Source of the DNA: Mobula hypostoma
Taxonomy: Eukaryota
Direction of reading: 5' to 3'
Length of the DNA stretch: 64,000 nucleotides
NCBI RefSeq assembly: GCF_963921235.1
Contig: NC_086118.1
Coordinates: forward strand, 13,022,001-13,086,000
Part shown: piece after piece, positions 50,319 to 63,808 of the stretch
Position numbering within the stretch: position 1 is the first letter of the stretch
Layout of the letters: every line of letters begins with the position of its first letter
The notes under the pieces: generated by a model
What the model saw: only the letters and a program-made list of their open reading frames with translations
The model's database searches: none
What the model was told of the DNA's origin: nothing
Translations under genes and position numbers: made by a program

Positions 50319-52645
50319 CCTGTCACAGTCTGTTGACAGGCCGACTAGGGGGAATGCCATGTTAGATCTAGTACTAGGTAATGAACCGGGTCAGGTCACA
50401 GATCTACCAGTGAGTGAGCATCTGGGGGACAGTGACCACCGCTCCCTGGCCTTTAGCATTATCATGGAAAAGGATAGAATCAGAGAGGACAGGAAAATTT
50501 TTAATTGGGGAAGGGCAAATTATGAGGCTATAAGGCTAGAACTTACGGGTGTGAATTGGGATGATGTTTTTGCAGGGAAATGTACTATGGACATGTGGTC
50601 GATGTTTAGGGATCTCTTCTAGGATGTTAGGGATAAATTTGTCCCAGTGAGGAAGATAAAGAATGATAGGGTGAAGGAACCATGTATGACAAGTGAGGTG
50701 GAACATCTAGTCAGGTGGAAGAAGGCAGCATACATGAGGTTTAGGAAGCAAGGATCAGATGGGTCTACTGAGGAATATAGGGTAGCAAGAAAGGAGCTTA
50801 AGAAGGGGCTGAGAAGAGCAAGAAGGGGGCAAGTAAGGTAAAGGAAAACCCCAAGGCATTCTTCAATTATGTGAAGAACAAAAGGATGACAGGAGTGAAG
50901 ATAGGACCGATTAGAGATAAAGATGGGAAGATGTGCCTGGAAGCTGTGGAAGTGAGCGAGGTCCTCAATGAATACTTCTCTTCAGTATTCACCAATGAGA
51001 GGGAATTTGATGACGATGAGGACAATATGAGTGAGGTTGATGTTCTGGAGCATGTTGATATTAAGGGAGAGGAGGTGTTGGAGTCGTTGAAATACATTAG
51101 GATGGATAAGGCCCCGGGGCCTGACGGAATATTCCCCAGGCTGCTCCACGAGGCGAGGGAAGAGATTGCTGAGCCTCTGGCTAGGATCTTTATGTCCTCG
51201 TTGTCCACAGGAATGGTACCAGAGGATTGGAGGGAGGCGGATGTTGTCCCCTTGTTCAAAAAAGGTCGTAGGGATAGTCCGGGTAATTACGGACCAGTGA
51301 GCCTTACATCTGTAGTGAGAAAGCTGTTGGAAAAGATTCTTAGAGATAGGATCTCTGGGCATTTAGAGAATCATGGTCTGATCAGGGACAGTCAGCATTG
51401 TTTTGTGAAGGAAAGATCATGTCTGAAAAGCCTGATAGAGTTCTTTGAGGTGGTGAACAGGCATATAGATGAGGGTAGTGCAGTGGATGTGATCTATATG
51501 GATTTTAGTAAGGCATTTCACAAGGTTCCACATGGTAGGCTTATTCAGAAAGTCAGAAGGCATGGGATCCAGGGACGTTTGGCCTGGTGGATTCAGAATT
51601 GGCTTGCCTGCAGAAGGCAGAGGGTCGTGGTGGAGGGAGTACATTCAGATTGGAGGGTTGTGACTAGTGGTGTCCCACATGGATCGGTTCTGAGACCTCT
51701 ACTTTTCGTGATATTTATTAACGACCTGGATGTGGGGGTAGAAGGGTGGCTTGGCAAGTTTGCAGACGACACCAAGGTTGGTGATGTTGTAGATAGTGTA
51801 GAGGATTGTCGAAGATTGCAGAGAGACATTGATAGGATGCAGAATTGGGCTGAGAAGTGGCAGATGGAGTTCAACCCGGAGAAGTGTGAGGTTGTACACT
51901 TTGGAAGGACAAACTCCAAAGCAGAGTACAAAGTAAATGGCAGGATACTTGGTAGTGTGGAGGAGCAGAGGGATCTGGGGGTACATGTCCATAGATCCCT
52001 GAAAGTTGCCTCACAGGTAGATAGGGTAGTTAAGAAAGCATATGGGGTGTTAGCTTTCATAAGTAGAGGGATAGAGTTTAAGAGTTGCGAGGTAATGATA
52101 CAGCTCTGTAAAACTCTGGTTAGGCCACACTTGGAGTACTGTGTCCTGTTCTGGTCGCCTCACTATAAGAAGGATGTGGAAGCAATGGAATGGGTACAGA
52201 GGAGACTTACCAGGATGCTGCCTGGTTTAGAGAGTATGGGTTATGATCAGAGATTAAGGGAGCTAGGGCTTTATTCTTTGGAGAGGAGGAGGATGAGAGG
52301 AGACATGACAGAGGTATACAAGATATTAAGAGGAATAGATAGAGTGGATAGCCAGTGCCTCTTCCCCAGGACACCACTGCTCAACACAAGGAGGCATGGC
52401 TTTAAGATAATGGGTGGGAAGTTCAAGGGGGATATTAGAGGAAGGTTTTTTACTCAGAGAGTGGTTGGTGCATGGAATTCACTGCCTGAGGCTGTGATGG
52501 AGGCAGATACACTGGTGAAATTTAAGAGACTACTAGACAGGTATCTGGAGGAATTTAAGGTGGTGGTTATATGGGAGGCAGGGTTTGAGGGTCGACACAA
52601 CATTGTGGACCGAAGAGCCTGTACTGTGCTGTACTATTCTATGTT
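50319..52645 (+). mobile_element. 5'-truncated CR1 with an open RT region
   Basis: APE C-terminus (SDH) and a 596-aa ORF at 50871-52661 with YMDFSKAF and FADD; TTCTATG tail. Confidence 0.93.
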
Positions 52646-52661
52646 CAATGTTTCAAAATGA
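50871..52661 (+). pseudogene. CR1 reverse transcriptase ORF fragment
   Basis: Uninterrupted RT domain, but the upstream ORF2 has stops and a deletion, and motifs are substituted (KAFHKVPH, VPHGSVLRP). Confidence 0.85.
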
Positions 52662-52825
52662 ATTCCAGAACTAAGCAGTTTAAGACTTTGCATAAAATTC
52701 CACTCTGTCTTCATAAACAATCAGTTGATTGTGCAGTAGACAGTTACTGTTCGATGACAGGACTGCATTATATTAATTGATCCCAAATCCCAGTATCCTA
52801 ATGTATCCCAGTATCTTGTGCTTGG

Positions 52826-53280
52826 CACAGGAGACTGCAGATGCTGGAACCTTGAGCAAGATAAATACTGTCTGAGGAACTCAGCGGGTCAGGCAGCGTC
52901 TGGGGAAGGAACTGAACAAAACTCACAGTTTTGAGGAGGGGGAAAGGGGCAGAGCAAGAGCTGGCAAGTACTAGGTGGATTCAGGTGAGGAGGGATGACA
53001 GGCAAATGGAGGAGGGGAGAGTATAAATAACAATGGAAAATAGGAAGAGATTGGTGACTAAAAGCTGATGATGGAGTCAAATAAGAAAGGAAGGTGGAGC
53101 AGGAACCAAATAAAGGAGGTGGGAGGGAAGGTGGAAACTTTGTGGGTCAGTAGAGGATGTGGACGAAGGGGACCCAGTGGGAAAGGGTGTGTGGGTGAAG
53201 GATGGGAAAGAAATAGTGTGCTAGGGGGCTGGGTGTAGGAAGAGCTCGCTAAATCAAGAGGAGAGACTTACCCAGATTAA
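52826..53280 (-). mobile_element. Penelope-like element terminal remnant
   Basis: gagactgcagatgctggaa..ggaactcagcgggtcaggcagc followed by a purine-rich tract; related motifs at 12330-12420, 61502-61617 and 62163-62280. Confidence 0.5.
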
Positions 53281-53749
53281 GTTCGAATTCTGCCAAAGCC
53301 ATGACATTAAATTCAATTAATTAAATCAGTTTTAAAATTGATGGTGGTCATCTGGTTAACTTGAGACAATTAAAGAAAGAAATTTGCTCTTCCGTTTCAA
53401 TCTAGACTTTATGTGACTCCAGACCAAAAGCAATGTGCTTGTCACTTCACTACCTGGCAAGCCACTTGATTAAGGGCAATAAAGACTTGCTCTCCCTGTG
53501 ATGCCCAACACGATGTGGTTCAAGAAACTAAAGATATTGGGCTTCATAGTGCATCTCATTAAGGAGATATTTACTGACAGAGAATAAAGGATAGTTATTT
53601 TTTTACACTATTGCATGCATTTTAGACGAACTTTTAATAAGATTGCATCTGTTTTCTCCCCCATGTGCTCTCAATTAAACAAACCAATAGAATTTATAAT
53701 GAAGCAATTTGTTTAACATATTTCAACATATACACATTGGGTACAACTT

Positions 53750-54315
53750 GCAGGGAGTGTTAAGTGGCAGTGTAGCTTGAGGGAGATGCAGAGAGGCCTC
53801 AGGGAATTTAGATAGGCTAAGTGAATGGACAAAGGCAAGCACATGTATATAATGTGGAAAGATGCAGGTTTATCAACTGTGATAGAAAAAACGGAAAGAC
53901 AATTTCATTTTGAAGTCGTGATAGATTGAAAGGTGTTGATGTACAGAGGGAACTGACTGTATTTTACATGAACCTCCAAAAGTAAAGATGCAGGGTGGGC
54001 ATGCAGTTCGGAAAGCAAAATGATATGTTGGCAGTTACTGTGGGGTTAGAGACATCTTAGTCTAATTAAGGCGTCTTGGTACCACATCTGGTCCACTTTG
54101 AATAATGCCTTAAAATTTCAGTGCAAGTTGATGGTTAGGAAGGCATATGGTTTGTTGGCCTTCATTAGTCAGGGGTTTGAATTCAAGAACCATGAAATGT
54201 TATGGGGAGAAGACAGGAGAATGGGGCTGAGAGGAATAATAAATAGCCATGATCAAATGATGGGACAGAATTGATGGGCCAAATGGCCTAATACTGCTCC
54301 TACATCTTATGGCCA
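53750..54315 (+). mobile_element. Highly decayed CR1 pieces
   Basis: LDRLSEW and RKAYGLLAFIS remnants; 3' UTR gggccaaatggcctaatactgctcc. Confidence 0.65.
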
Positions 54316-56469
54316 CTGAGAGGAACTCAAAGCAGCCAACTTATCAACCAGGAATATTTGCGATGTGGTGAGAAATAAGAGCACCTGGGGGGATACGTGC
54401 AACACAGCCGCAGTGAGTACGTGCAGATTCGACATGGATGGCACCAGAGATAAAGATCGAATCTGAATCACTGGACATTTCCAAAACGGCGCCACCCTAA
54501 AGATAAAGCAGCAGCTTGCTCAAGTGTCAAATGGAAGGGTAGCACTCCCCATGATGTACTGTATTTTGTCAGTTCTATCCAGTGCTTTGCACCTGACCAT
54601 CAGGAGAGGGAAGGTGACAAGTGCACTGAACCAGTCATTGTCTCTGGTGCAGAGATTAATGTTCCATTTCTGTTTTCCATCCATGAATCTAAATGGATAA
54701 AATATTTTGCTGAAAGTGATTAATGGACACTGGTTTTCGCACCTAAATCCTTCATGTGCTCTTTATCTCCATTCAGAAAATAGAAATCTGATAATAGGCT
54801 TTACCTTCTCATGTTTCTTTCAATTGATGCATCATTACAAAACAACCAACAGCCACTTTTCAAATAGCTCCTGCATTGAATTGAATGTGATCAGAGGCTC
54901 CATATAAATGTTCCAAACCATCAATCAAGTGCTGCCAATTCTGTATCACTTCAACATCACGCCAGAAAAGGAAGATCAAAACTGATCACAGAATCCATCC
55001 ATCCAATGTATTAGTTGCTATCCAACAACCAAATACCAGAGTCACCTTTATCATCCCCAGTACACCTGGGAAATTGAAGGAATCTCTGGACCAAGAAATG
55101 ACAAATGAGTTTTCAGCGACCTTAATTAGATGGGACATGTTCGCTTCTCTCAGAGATTGATAATGGAGTATAAGAAGCAGCTGTTCCATGAAAAGGTAAT
55201 TTGAACTCTTTCTTAAAATGAGCTAATAAACTTTCCACTTATTGACTTCGAAACAACACAGGATGGATGTTGTGGGCATTGAATGGGAACACAAGAGGTG
55301 ACTGTTTGACCCATTTTTGTTGTCACCCAACAGTGTACCTAGTTTGGGCCCAATTAGAGTGGCAATTGCTATGGACTTGTTAGTTTAGATGCTTGTCAAT
55401 GGTGATCCCCAGTCCTACACATATACACCCAGTAGAGCCCAGTCTTGCTGAAATACATTGACCACTACTCTGGGAAAATTGGCTCTCACATCCTTTCTAA
55501 TGCATGCTGACTTCAACAGGAGGCAGTGAGCTATTTTTCTTTTAAATTTTCTCTATATTTTCAAACTTTTAATTATATGTTTCAGCTTCTTCATCTTTTA
55601 AAAATCCTTAGGCATATTTTACTTTTTAAAATATTTGCATCAAGTTTAATAGATGTAAATCTCTATGTCAAAGTTTCTGTAGCTGGCTAAATGGGGGAAG
55701 GGCTCTATCACCCATCAAAAGCTGTGAGGACATGGCGGAGAGCAATGATACCTCACTGCACCGGCAGAATTCCTGCTGCTACTCCTCCAGACTTTTGAGA
55801 CACAGAAGATCCTCTTCATTTGGACGTGGTGAAAAAGGTGTGGCCGTCCACAGGTGGTAATCCTTTCGGGATTTGGTAATTACTGGGTTGATTGGGGCAG
55901 GACAGTGTGACTTTTGATTCTCTAATAAAGCATCTTCTTTGTGCAGACTGTTTTTTATGGGTTTGTCCCATGTAATATTGGTCTGTATTTGCTGATCTTA
56001 ATAAAATGCCTTACCATTAAGAGGTTCATGTTGCCACACAAGACTAGAATATTCCATGCAGACTCCAGCCTGCTCTACCATTCAGCTTGACCATGGTGTA
56101 TCTGCAACATGAAGAAACAAGGAATGGAGGGGTATGGAGCATGTATATGCAGACAGGTGCAGTTGAGAGGGACATAATGGTTGGCACAGAAATTGTGGTC
56201 CCTACACTGCACTCTTCTCATGTTCTACGTATTAACTCTCCACAGCAATCCATGGCGCAGAAGGGGCTCTTCAGTCCATTGCATTCATTACAGCCAGCAA
56301 AGAGCGATATCACCAAACTCCATTCTCAGCTCTGTATCATTAGTCTTGTGAAGATGTCACATCGAAAGGTGTCCTAGAAGTTTAGTCTGAAAGAGCCAAT
56401 GGAATTCAGCGTTTACCATCTTTTCAAATCCAGACCACCGAAAACCTTATCTTGTCCTTACAATGACAA

Positions 56470-56780
56470 AGAGGAAGACCTTTCAACCCCATGCCATGCT
56501 CCCAGTGGAACAATCCCATGAATATAATTCCCCTTTGCTTATTTCTCTTTACCAGGCAAATTATTCTCTTCATACTAGTTTTCTACTCTCTTGACTTAAC
56601 CTTCACCAGGTTTAATTTACCGTAGACAATTAACCTACCTGCAGAGTCTTTGGGAAACTCAAGAGAAAACCTCATCAGTCAGAAGGAGAATATGCAAACC
56701 ACACACAGGCCTTACCCAAGGTCGGGATTGATCAGAGTCGCTATAACTGTGAAGAAGCAGCATAACCTATTGTGTGGCTG
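56470..56780 (-). mobile_element. Decayed V-SINE (similar remnants at about 54330-54500 and 59350-59625)
   Basis: caattaacctac..gtctttggga..ggagaatatgcaaaccacacacagg is the reverse of the V-domain. Confidence 0.55.
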
Positions 56781-57059
56781 TAGAACATTGAAAATATTTC
56801 TCCTGTTCTCCTGTAATCATTCATCATATTAATTTCAATCGATCGAGTATATCCTGCCAATTGGATAGGAGTTTCTTCTCCACTGTATCCAGTTTCCTCA
56901 TAATTTTATTGAATTGAATTTCCTCTCAGTGTTCTCTGTTCCAGGGAGTAAATAATTCATTCTCACAGATAAAGTTGTCTATTCCTGGCATTACTTTTCC
57001 CTGTACTGCTTCAGCGCTACCAAATGCTCTGTGATGTGGCCACCTAAAGGAAGAAGTCC

Positions 57060-57676
57060 CTTCAGTTTACATCACTTTAGAAACTGCATTTAGATCTCTT
57101 ACGGCAGCATAGTTGAGAGCATCCGCGTATTACTATGTGCTACTGAAACTGCAATGCAGCAGATAGGAGAGCTCTGCAACAGGGTAGCTAAAACTGCACA
57201 GCACATCATCAGCACTAGCCTACCACCACCAAGGACATAAATACAGAAAAAAGCCAGAAATATCATAAAGGATCTCTTGCACCCTGCTCATGTCCTGTTT
57301 GTCTCACTCTAATCAGGGAAGAGGCTACTAAGCATCCACATCAAGACCACCAGACTCAAAAAAAGTTACTTCCCATAAGCCAACAGGGTGATCAACATCT
57401 CCACACATTAACCCACTTCACAACAGTCCCCCCCACCACCAGTACTTTATCATTTCCTGTTAGTCACCTTATTTACTGATTCCCTGTACCTAAAGTAACT
57501 TTATGTACATATAATCAGTCGATATATACTAATCTTACGTACTTATATTTATTGTGTTCCTTCTGCTTATTTTTTTTATGCTGCATTGGATCCAGAGTAA
57601 CAATTATTTTATTCTTCTTTACTCCTGTGTACTGAAGAATCACAATAAACATTCTTGAATCTTGAATCTTGAATCT
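57060..57676 (+). mobile_element. Decayed Rex1/Babar 3' fragment with (CTTGAAT)n tail
   Basis: LQQGS/KTAQHII and HPAHVLF remnants; AATAAA followed by tail repeats. Confidence 0.7.
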
Positions 57677-57700
57677 AGAGACACTAATATGCTTCCTCTC

Positions 57701-58860
57701 TGTCACAAAAAACTGTGGGTCTATTGTTTAAAAATAACAAGATGGCTTGAGTCACAAAACTAGACTGAGGTGCTTTTATTTACCTCAAAACAAGACAAAA
57801 ACTGGACAAAACTATATATAGAGCCACTCTCAGACTAAACACCAAAGAAAACTAACTCCAGAGCCTGTCTGTATCTTGTTTTACGGCGGTTGGCATCCAG
57901 CTTAATGGTGCATTACCATCACCCTCTGCTCCAGAATGTGCACTAGACATACATTCTAAATCCCTTCACCCAATCTCGCACGCACACACACACCCCTACA
58001 CTTCACCCTCCCATCTTTGACCATCCTAGTATCCTATTCCTGTTTATTCGTCATATTCTATAAAAAACCCCTGTACCCCTTAAAAACGCTAAAAATACCT
58101 GGACTTGTGCTCTCTCACCCATGCCCAGCAACCCTTTTAATGTGAATTCCTGCATCCCCAACTCCCTTAATTTATTTCTCATCATCTCTCTCTGTATCCC
58201 ATACTTCCTGCAACACAAAACTACATGTTCTACTGACTCCTCTTCCTGACATTCCTCACACAATCCTGTCTGGTGTTTCCCTATCGTTTTCAATGTCTTG
58301 TTTAATGCACAGTGCCCCAGCCTTAACCTAGTCCACACAATTTCCTCTCTTCTGTTTCCATTACCTACCTTAGTAACTGCAACACTCTTTTGTATTTGAT
58401 ATAAATGCCTCCCTTTCCCCTCCCTGTCCCACCTTTCTTACCACATTCAGTTGACTTTTTCCCAGATTACACACTTAACCTCTGCTTTACTGATACTAAT
58501 GTGCATTTCCACATTTTCTTTCTTTAACACCCTCTTTGCCAACTCATCCACCCTCTCATTCCCCTTCACTCCTACATGTGCTGGAAACCATAGAAATTTT
58601 ACCCGACCTCCCTGATTTGCAATTCTTGTAACTAACTGAAGGACTTCATAAAGTACATCTTGCCAACTGTTTGTATGAAAAGACCTTAAACTTGCTAGAA
58701 CTGAGGATGAAACTCCAGAGCCTTGGTAACCTGAGGCTTATAACTGCTAAGCCCCTCCCCCTAGACCAACCAAAAGCTAATTAACTCAATAATCCAATTA
58801 AAGATGGTATCCTCCATCATCAGCACACCTGTGCAGGTTGCTGCTGCCTCAGATGAGACA
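57701..58860 (-). repeat. Possible solo LTR (about 300 bp after removing the Nimb insert)
   Basis: Ends TGTCACA..TGAGACA; minus-strand TATAA and AATAAA in the right order; flanks TCTC/GCTC give an imperfect TSD. Confidence 0.35.
57867..58710 (-). mobile_element. 5'-truncated I-group (Nimb-like) LINE: RNase H + CCHC
   Basis: FLWFPAHVGVKGNERVDELAK and RLRLGH..CEEC..ESVEHVVLCC; 3' end ggatgccaaccgccgtaaaacaag; 13-bp TSD AACTCCAGAGCCT (57854-57866 and 58711-58723). Confidence 0.88.
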
Positions 58861-59817
58861 GCTCCATGCAGCAGCTCTGTTTCAGACCAAGTCACTATTA
58901 CTGCTGGGGATGAGTGTTTTATCGAGTGTGCCATGTGCTGTCTGTAATCAGTGATGGGCCTTTGTCACATTCTCAATGATAATGTTCATGCCTGGCTTGT
59001 ACTTCCTACACCATGGATCAGCCTTCTCCTCCTTTGAAGGCATTACTTTGGTGGGAGAATGAGTGAGATTCAGTAATATTGAGATATTTTTATTTCAAAG
59101 GCCTGGGAAATGCAATGAAGGTACAAAAAGAGGAACAAATCACAGGGCATGTTCTCACATCGGCATATGAAATAACCTTCAATATCAAATAGCTAACTAC
59201 AACTCAAAGGGTCTTGTTTAATTGTGGTTATCTGTCTCCAAAAGAGCTTTGAGGTACTTCAACAAAGCTGCCTTATAGAAAGGAAATATTAGACAGATTA
59301 TCTTTTATCAGAGACTGATAAGTGACTGGAAGAGATTAGTAGGTGAAATAGAGCGCAGGATCATGCACCATAGTAAAAGGCTTTTTCGTCCATCATGTCC
59401 ATGGTAACATCAAGCATCCAATTTTAAAGTAATCCATTTTATTCTTTTGATAATACCATTAACTTTTCCTTTATTTTACTGCTTACTGTTACTCTAGAAG
59501 CAATTTCCCAGCAGCCAGTTAATCTACTGACCTATGCGTCTTTGGAATATAAAATGAAACTGGAGCACCTTGAGTATACCCACAAAATCACAGAGATAAT
59601 ATGCAGACTCTGCACAGACAACCTTACAAGTTATGACTGGGCTACACTTAAAAAGAAATTGAAGTCACTTACTCTCAATCCAATATTAATTAAGGAATTA
59701 GAATGCATTTCAATGAGACAAAAGATATCTCATATAAATGATTTTCAATACTATCATATAGAAAGTATAACACTTAAATTGAGATAAAGTTTGAATATCC
59801 AGGGATTGATGAGACAT

Positions 59818-61320
59818 GATCAGAATCAGAATCAGAATCAGGTTTAACATCACTGGCATGTGTTGTGGAATTTGTGGTTTTGTGGCAGCAATACCATGCA
59901 AGATATAATAGATAAACTATAAATGACAATAAGTATATATAGTATATAAAAATATTAAACAAATAGTGCAAAAAGAGAGGAATAAAAATAGTCAGACAGT
60001 GTTCATGGGTTCACTGTCCATTCAGGTATCTGATTGTGGGGGGGAAGAAGCTGTTCCTGAAATGTTGAGTGTATGTCTTCAGGCTCCTCTACCTCCTCGG
60101 TAGACGCTGATGCAACCAGTTAGAATGATCTCCACTGTACATTCATAGTAATTTGTGACTGTCATCGATGACATACCAAGCCTCCTCAAACTCCGAATGA
60201 AATATAGCCTTCTTTGTAATTGCATTAAAATGTTGGGCCCAGGATAGATTTTCAGAGAAGTCGACAACTATGAACTTGAAACTGCTCACCCTTTCCACCT
60301 CTGACCCCTTGATGATGACTAGTGTCTGTTCCTTTTGACTTCCCCTTCCTGAAGTCTTATTGACATTGAGTGCAAGGTTTTTGTTGTGACACGACTCAAC
60401 AAGGCTGATCGATTTTGTTCCTTATACGCCTCCTCATGATCATCTGAAATTCTGCCAACAATACTTGTGGCAGTGGCAAATTTATTGATGCCATCTGAGC
60501 TGTGCCTAGCCGCGCAGTCATGAGTGTAGTGAGAGTAAAGCACTGGGCACATCCTTGAGGTGCGCCAGTGTTGACTGTCAGAGTGGAGGAGATGTTATTT
60601 CTGGTCTGCACAGCCTGCGATCTCCCAGTGAGGAAGTCAAGGATATATTTACAGAGGGAAGTACAGAGGCCCAAGTCTTTGAACTTGTTCATTAGAACAG
60701 AGGTTACAATTGTAATCAATAAACAGCAATGTGACATAGGTATTACTATTGTCCAGGTGAACCAAGGCCAAGTGGAGAGCTAGTGAGATTGCATCTACTA
60801 TAGACCTACTGTGGCAATAGGAATTTTCAGCAGGTTCAGGTCCTTGTTTTGGCAGGAGTTGATTCTAGCCTTAACCAACCTCTCAAAGCACTTCATGCCA
60901 GTAGATCTGAGTGCCACTTGGTGATATTCATTAAGGCAGCTCATCCTGCACCTTTTGGTCCCTGGTATAATTGTCAACCTTTTGAAGCAGGTGAGAACCT
61001 TCAAGTGCAGCAGTGAGAGATTGAAAATGTCCTTGAACCCTCCCACCAGTTGGTTGTAACAGCTTTTCAGAGTCCTCCCAGGTACACCATCAGGGCCTGA
61101 CACCTTGCTTACAAGTCAGAGATTACAGGGTCACCAGATGATGCAGGAATTTACACAAGTGTAGTTTTATTTTCTTTTCCAAAGCCTGCTTAAGAGGCGT
61201 CGAGGTCAACTGGGAATGAAGTATCACAGTCATTCATGATGTTACATTTCGCTTTGTAGAAAGTAATGGCCTGCAAACTTACGTGCATCTGATTCTGTCC
61301 TTACGTCAATCAGAATTGTG
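59818..61320 (-). mobile_element. Decayed Rex1/Babar LINE with (ATTCTG)n tail
   Basis: SGPDGVPG, MKCFERLV, TGAPQGC and QRRLYFIRSLRR. Confidence 0.85.
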
Positions 61321-63369
61321 ATTAGTATTCAGTCTTGATTTATTAATTAGTTTTGTCTTAGCTCCAGGAAGGATTATCTCATTGAAGTTTTACTTATCTG
61401 CTTTGATCTTGTTAAAAGGAACAAGGTATTCATACAAGAATATTTATTCAGTTATTGACAAGTTTTACCACATTGCGGATCAAGAATGCTGAGAACTGAT
61501 GGAGACACGAGAGACTGCAACAGGTGGAATCTGAAGCAACAAAGAGTCCAGTGAAGGAACTTAATGGATGGAGCATCTGCTCAACTTGCTGAGTTCCTCC
61601 AATGGATTGTGTGTTCCCATCGATAACGTATGATGCTTTTCCATTACATCATATTTAATTGTGATGCAACGGCCACAATTCTCAATTCCAAAATCTCTTT
61701 TGTATTGGAACCTCAATAATTATTTGACAAATCAGCATGCAGATAAATTACTAGTGATGACAGCTTAGGCATGTCCATTACATCATAGAAATCTAACATT
61801 TCAAGGAGAAATCATAGAAAAACTGTTGAGTAAAAGGGTGAATGAGAAATGCTTTATAGGTTATGTAATAAAACTAAATACTAGTTTCAGACATTCAGGA
61901 CCTAGCCTGGGAGAACCTGAGTCTGTTCCCAAACATTCAGAACGAAGCCTGGGATAAACTGGGTCAGATGGTTACAAGGCACAGACATGCCCCTGACCAC
62001 ACAGCACCGTCGGATTACCCAATGCGAGATGCTGCCAATGCAAAGATCAGAGGGTTCCAGCGGGATAGCAAGCTCAATGGAAGCCTCGACCTCAAGCTCA
62101 GTGTTGCCATGGATACTCTGTTGGATGGGTGACAAGTGAATCAGAACGAGACAGATGTATCTAACTGCAGCAAGACACAAAAAGCTGAAGGAACTTAACA
62201 GGTCAGACATGACCCACTGAGTTCCTCCAGTGTTGTATGCGTTGCCCCAGATTCCCAGAATCAGCAGTCTCTTGTGTCTCCTTCTGAATTATCAATAAAT
62301 GATAGCATCATGTTTCCAGCCTGCAAGATCAGGAAGATGCAAAGTGTGGCCGCATTTCGTGATCAGAATTGTGCCAGGAGTCGAAGATATGGACAGACTG
62401 ATACAATGGGCAGACAGAGAATAGGTAGGTGTGAACTGATGAGCTTAGGATGAAGAACAGTATGTATAAATGAACTAATTTAATAGGAGTCCAAGAGCTT
62501 AGAGCTTTGATGATACATACTTAAGCATTCTGGACAAGGGTAGGGTAAAATGATGAAGTTTTAGGAAAGTGTATGGATAGTTGCTTTATATAAAATGAAT
62601 CTTAAACAGAATGTTTTAAAAGTAAGCAAATTACATTTACCCTTTATAATTCCATGACTAAGTCTCTGTGAAAGTATAACTCTGGGCTTGGAAAGAAGTA
62701 TGCTATACTATTGGCAATGGTCTGGAGGGTACCGGCATTTTTTATCGTAGAGGCTGCAAAGGCTGAGATTGTTTTCCTCAAGACAGAGAAGATTAATGGG
62801 AGTTTAAAATCGTAAGGGCTTTATCAAGAGCAGATTCAGAGAAACTCATCATTCTTGTAAACGGATTCGTAACAAGAAATTCTATATTGACATAATTGAC
62901 AGAGGAAATGGGGGAAAAAGACACATGCAGAACAGAATCGTGGGTTATCCGAAGTTGGAGAATTCAGGATTGAGTTCTGCAGATTGCACCGTGCTCAAAT
63001 CGATTATGTGATGTAATTGGTAATTGGTGTATTCCTGTCAAAGTACTGAGAAAATGTGAAAACACTTTGCCTACCATCCACACATGCATAATTACATTAG
63101 ATAGTACAATAGGAAAATAATCAAAAATTCAGTACATTGTGCTTTCCTCAAGTCTGCATTGGGCCTTAATGTAAGAATACAGAGGCCACAGACAGACAAG
63201 ACAAAGAGGGAATTTGGACTTTGACTGGTCATTTCTGCCCATCACAATCACTTTGCCTCAGGTTTTCTGTCATATTATTTTTTTTTTAATTTAGTTTAAA
63301 CTAGTTTACTGTGCATGGGATACACCCTTACCCTTGTTCCACAGAAGAATCTGATTTTAACACATCCCT

Positions 63370-63808
63370 AAATTGGTAAATTAGTACGTAGGTTTATTAC
63401 TGACACATGTATTGAGATACAGTGAAAGATCATTGTTTCTCTTGCCATCCGTACAGATCATTTCATCATATTAGTACTGTACATCAAGGTAGAACAAGGG
63501 AAAAACTTACAGAATGCAGAATAAAGTGTTACAGTTACAGAAAAAGTGCAGTACAGGGCATGAGGAAGTAGACTATGATACCTAAATTCTACCTTATGTT
63601 ATTAAGTAACCATTCAATAGTCTTATAACAGCAGAATATGAGCCTGGTGGCATGTGCTTTCAGACCATCAGAGTTTTGTATCTCCTGCGTCATTTGTCCA
63701 ATGGGAGTGTGGTAGGAGGGAGAAGAGAGAATCTGTTGGGTAGATGGTGTCTTTGATGATATTTTACTGAGGCAGCTTGAAATACAAACGGAGTTTCTGG
63801 AGGGGAGC
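63370..63808 (-). mobile_element. Rex1/L2-type 3' fragment
   Basis: Homologous to 12918-14000; KAHATRL..IRLLN-like end. Confidence 0.55.
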
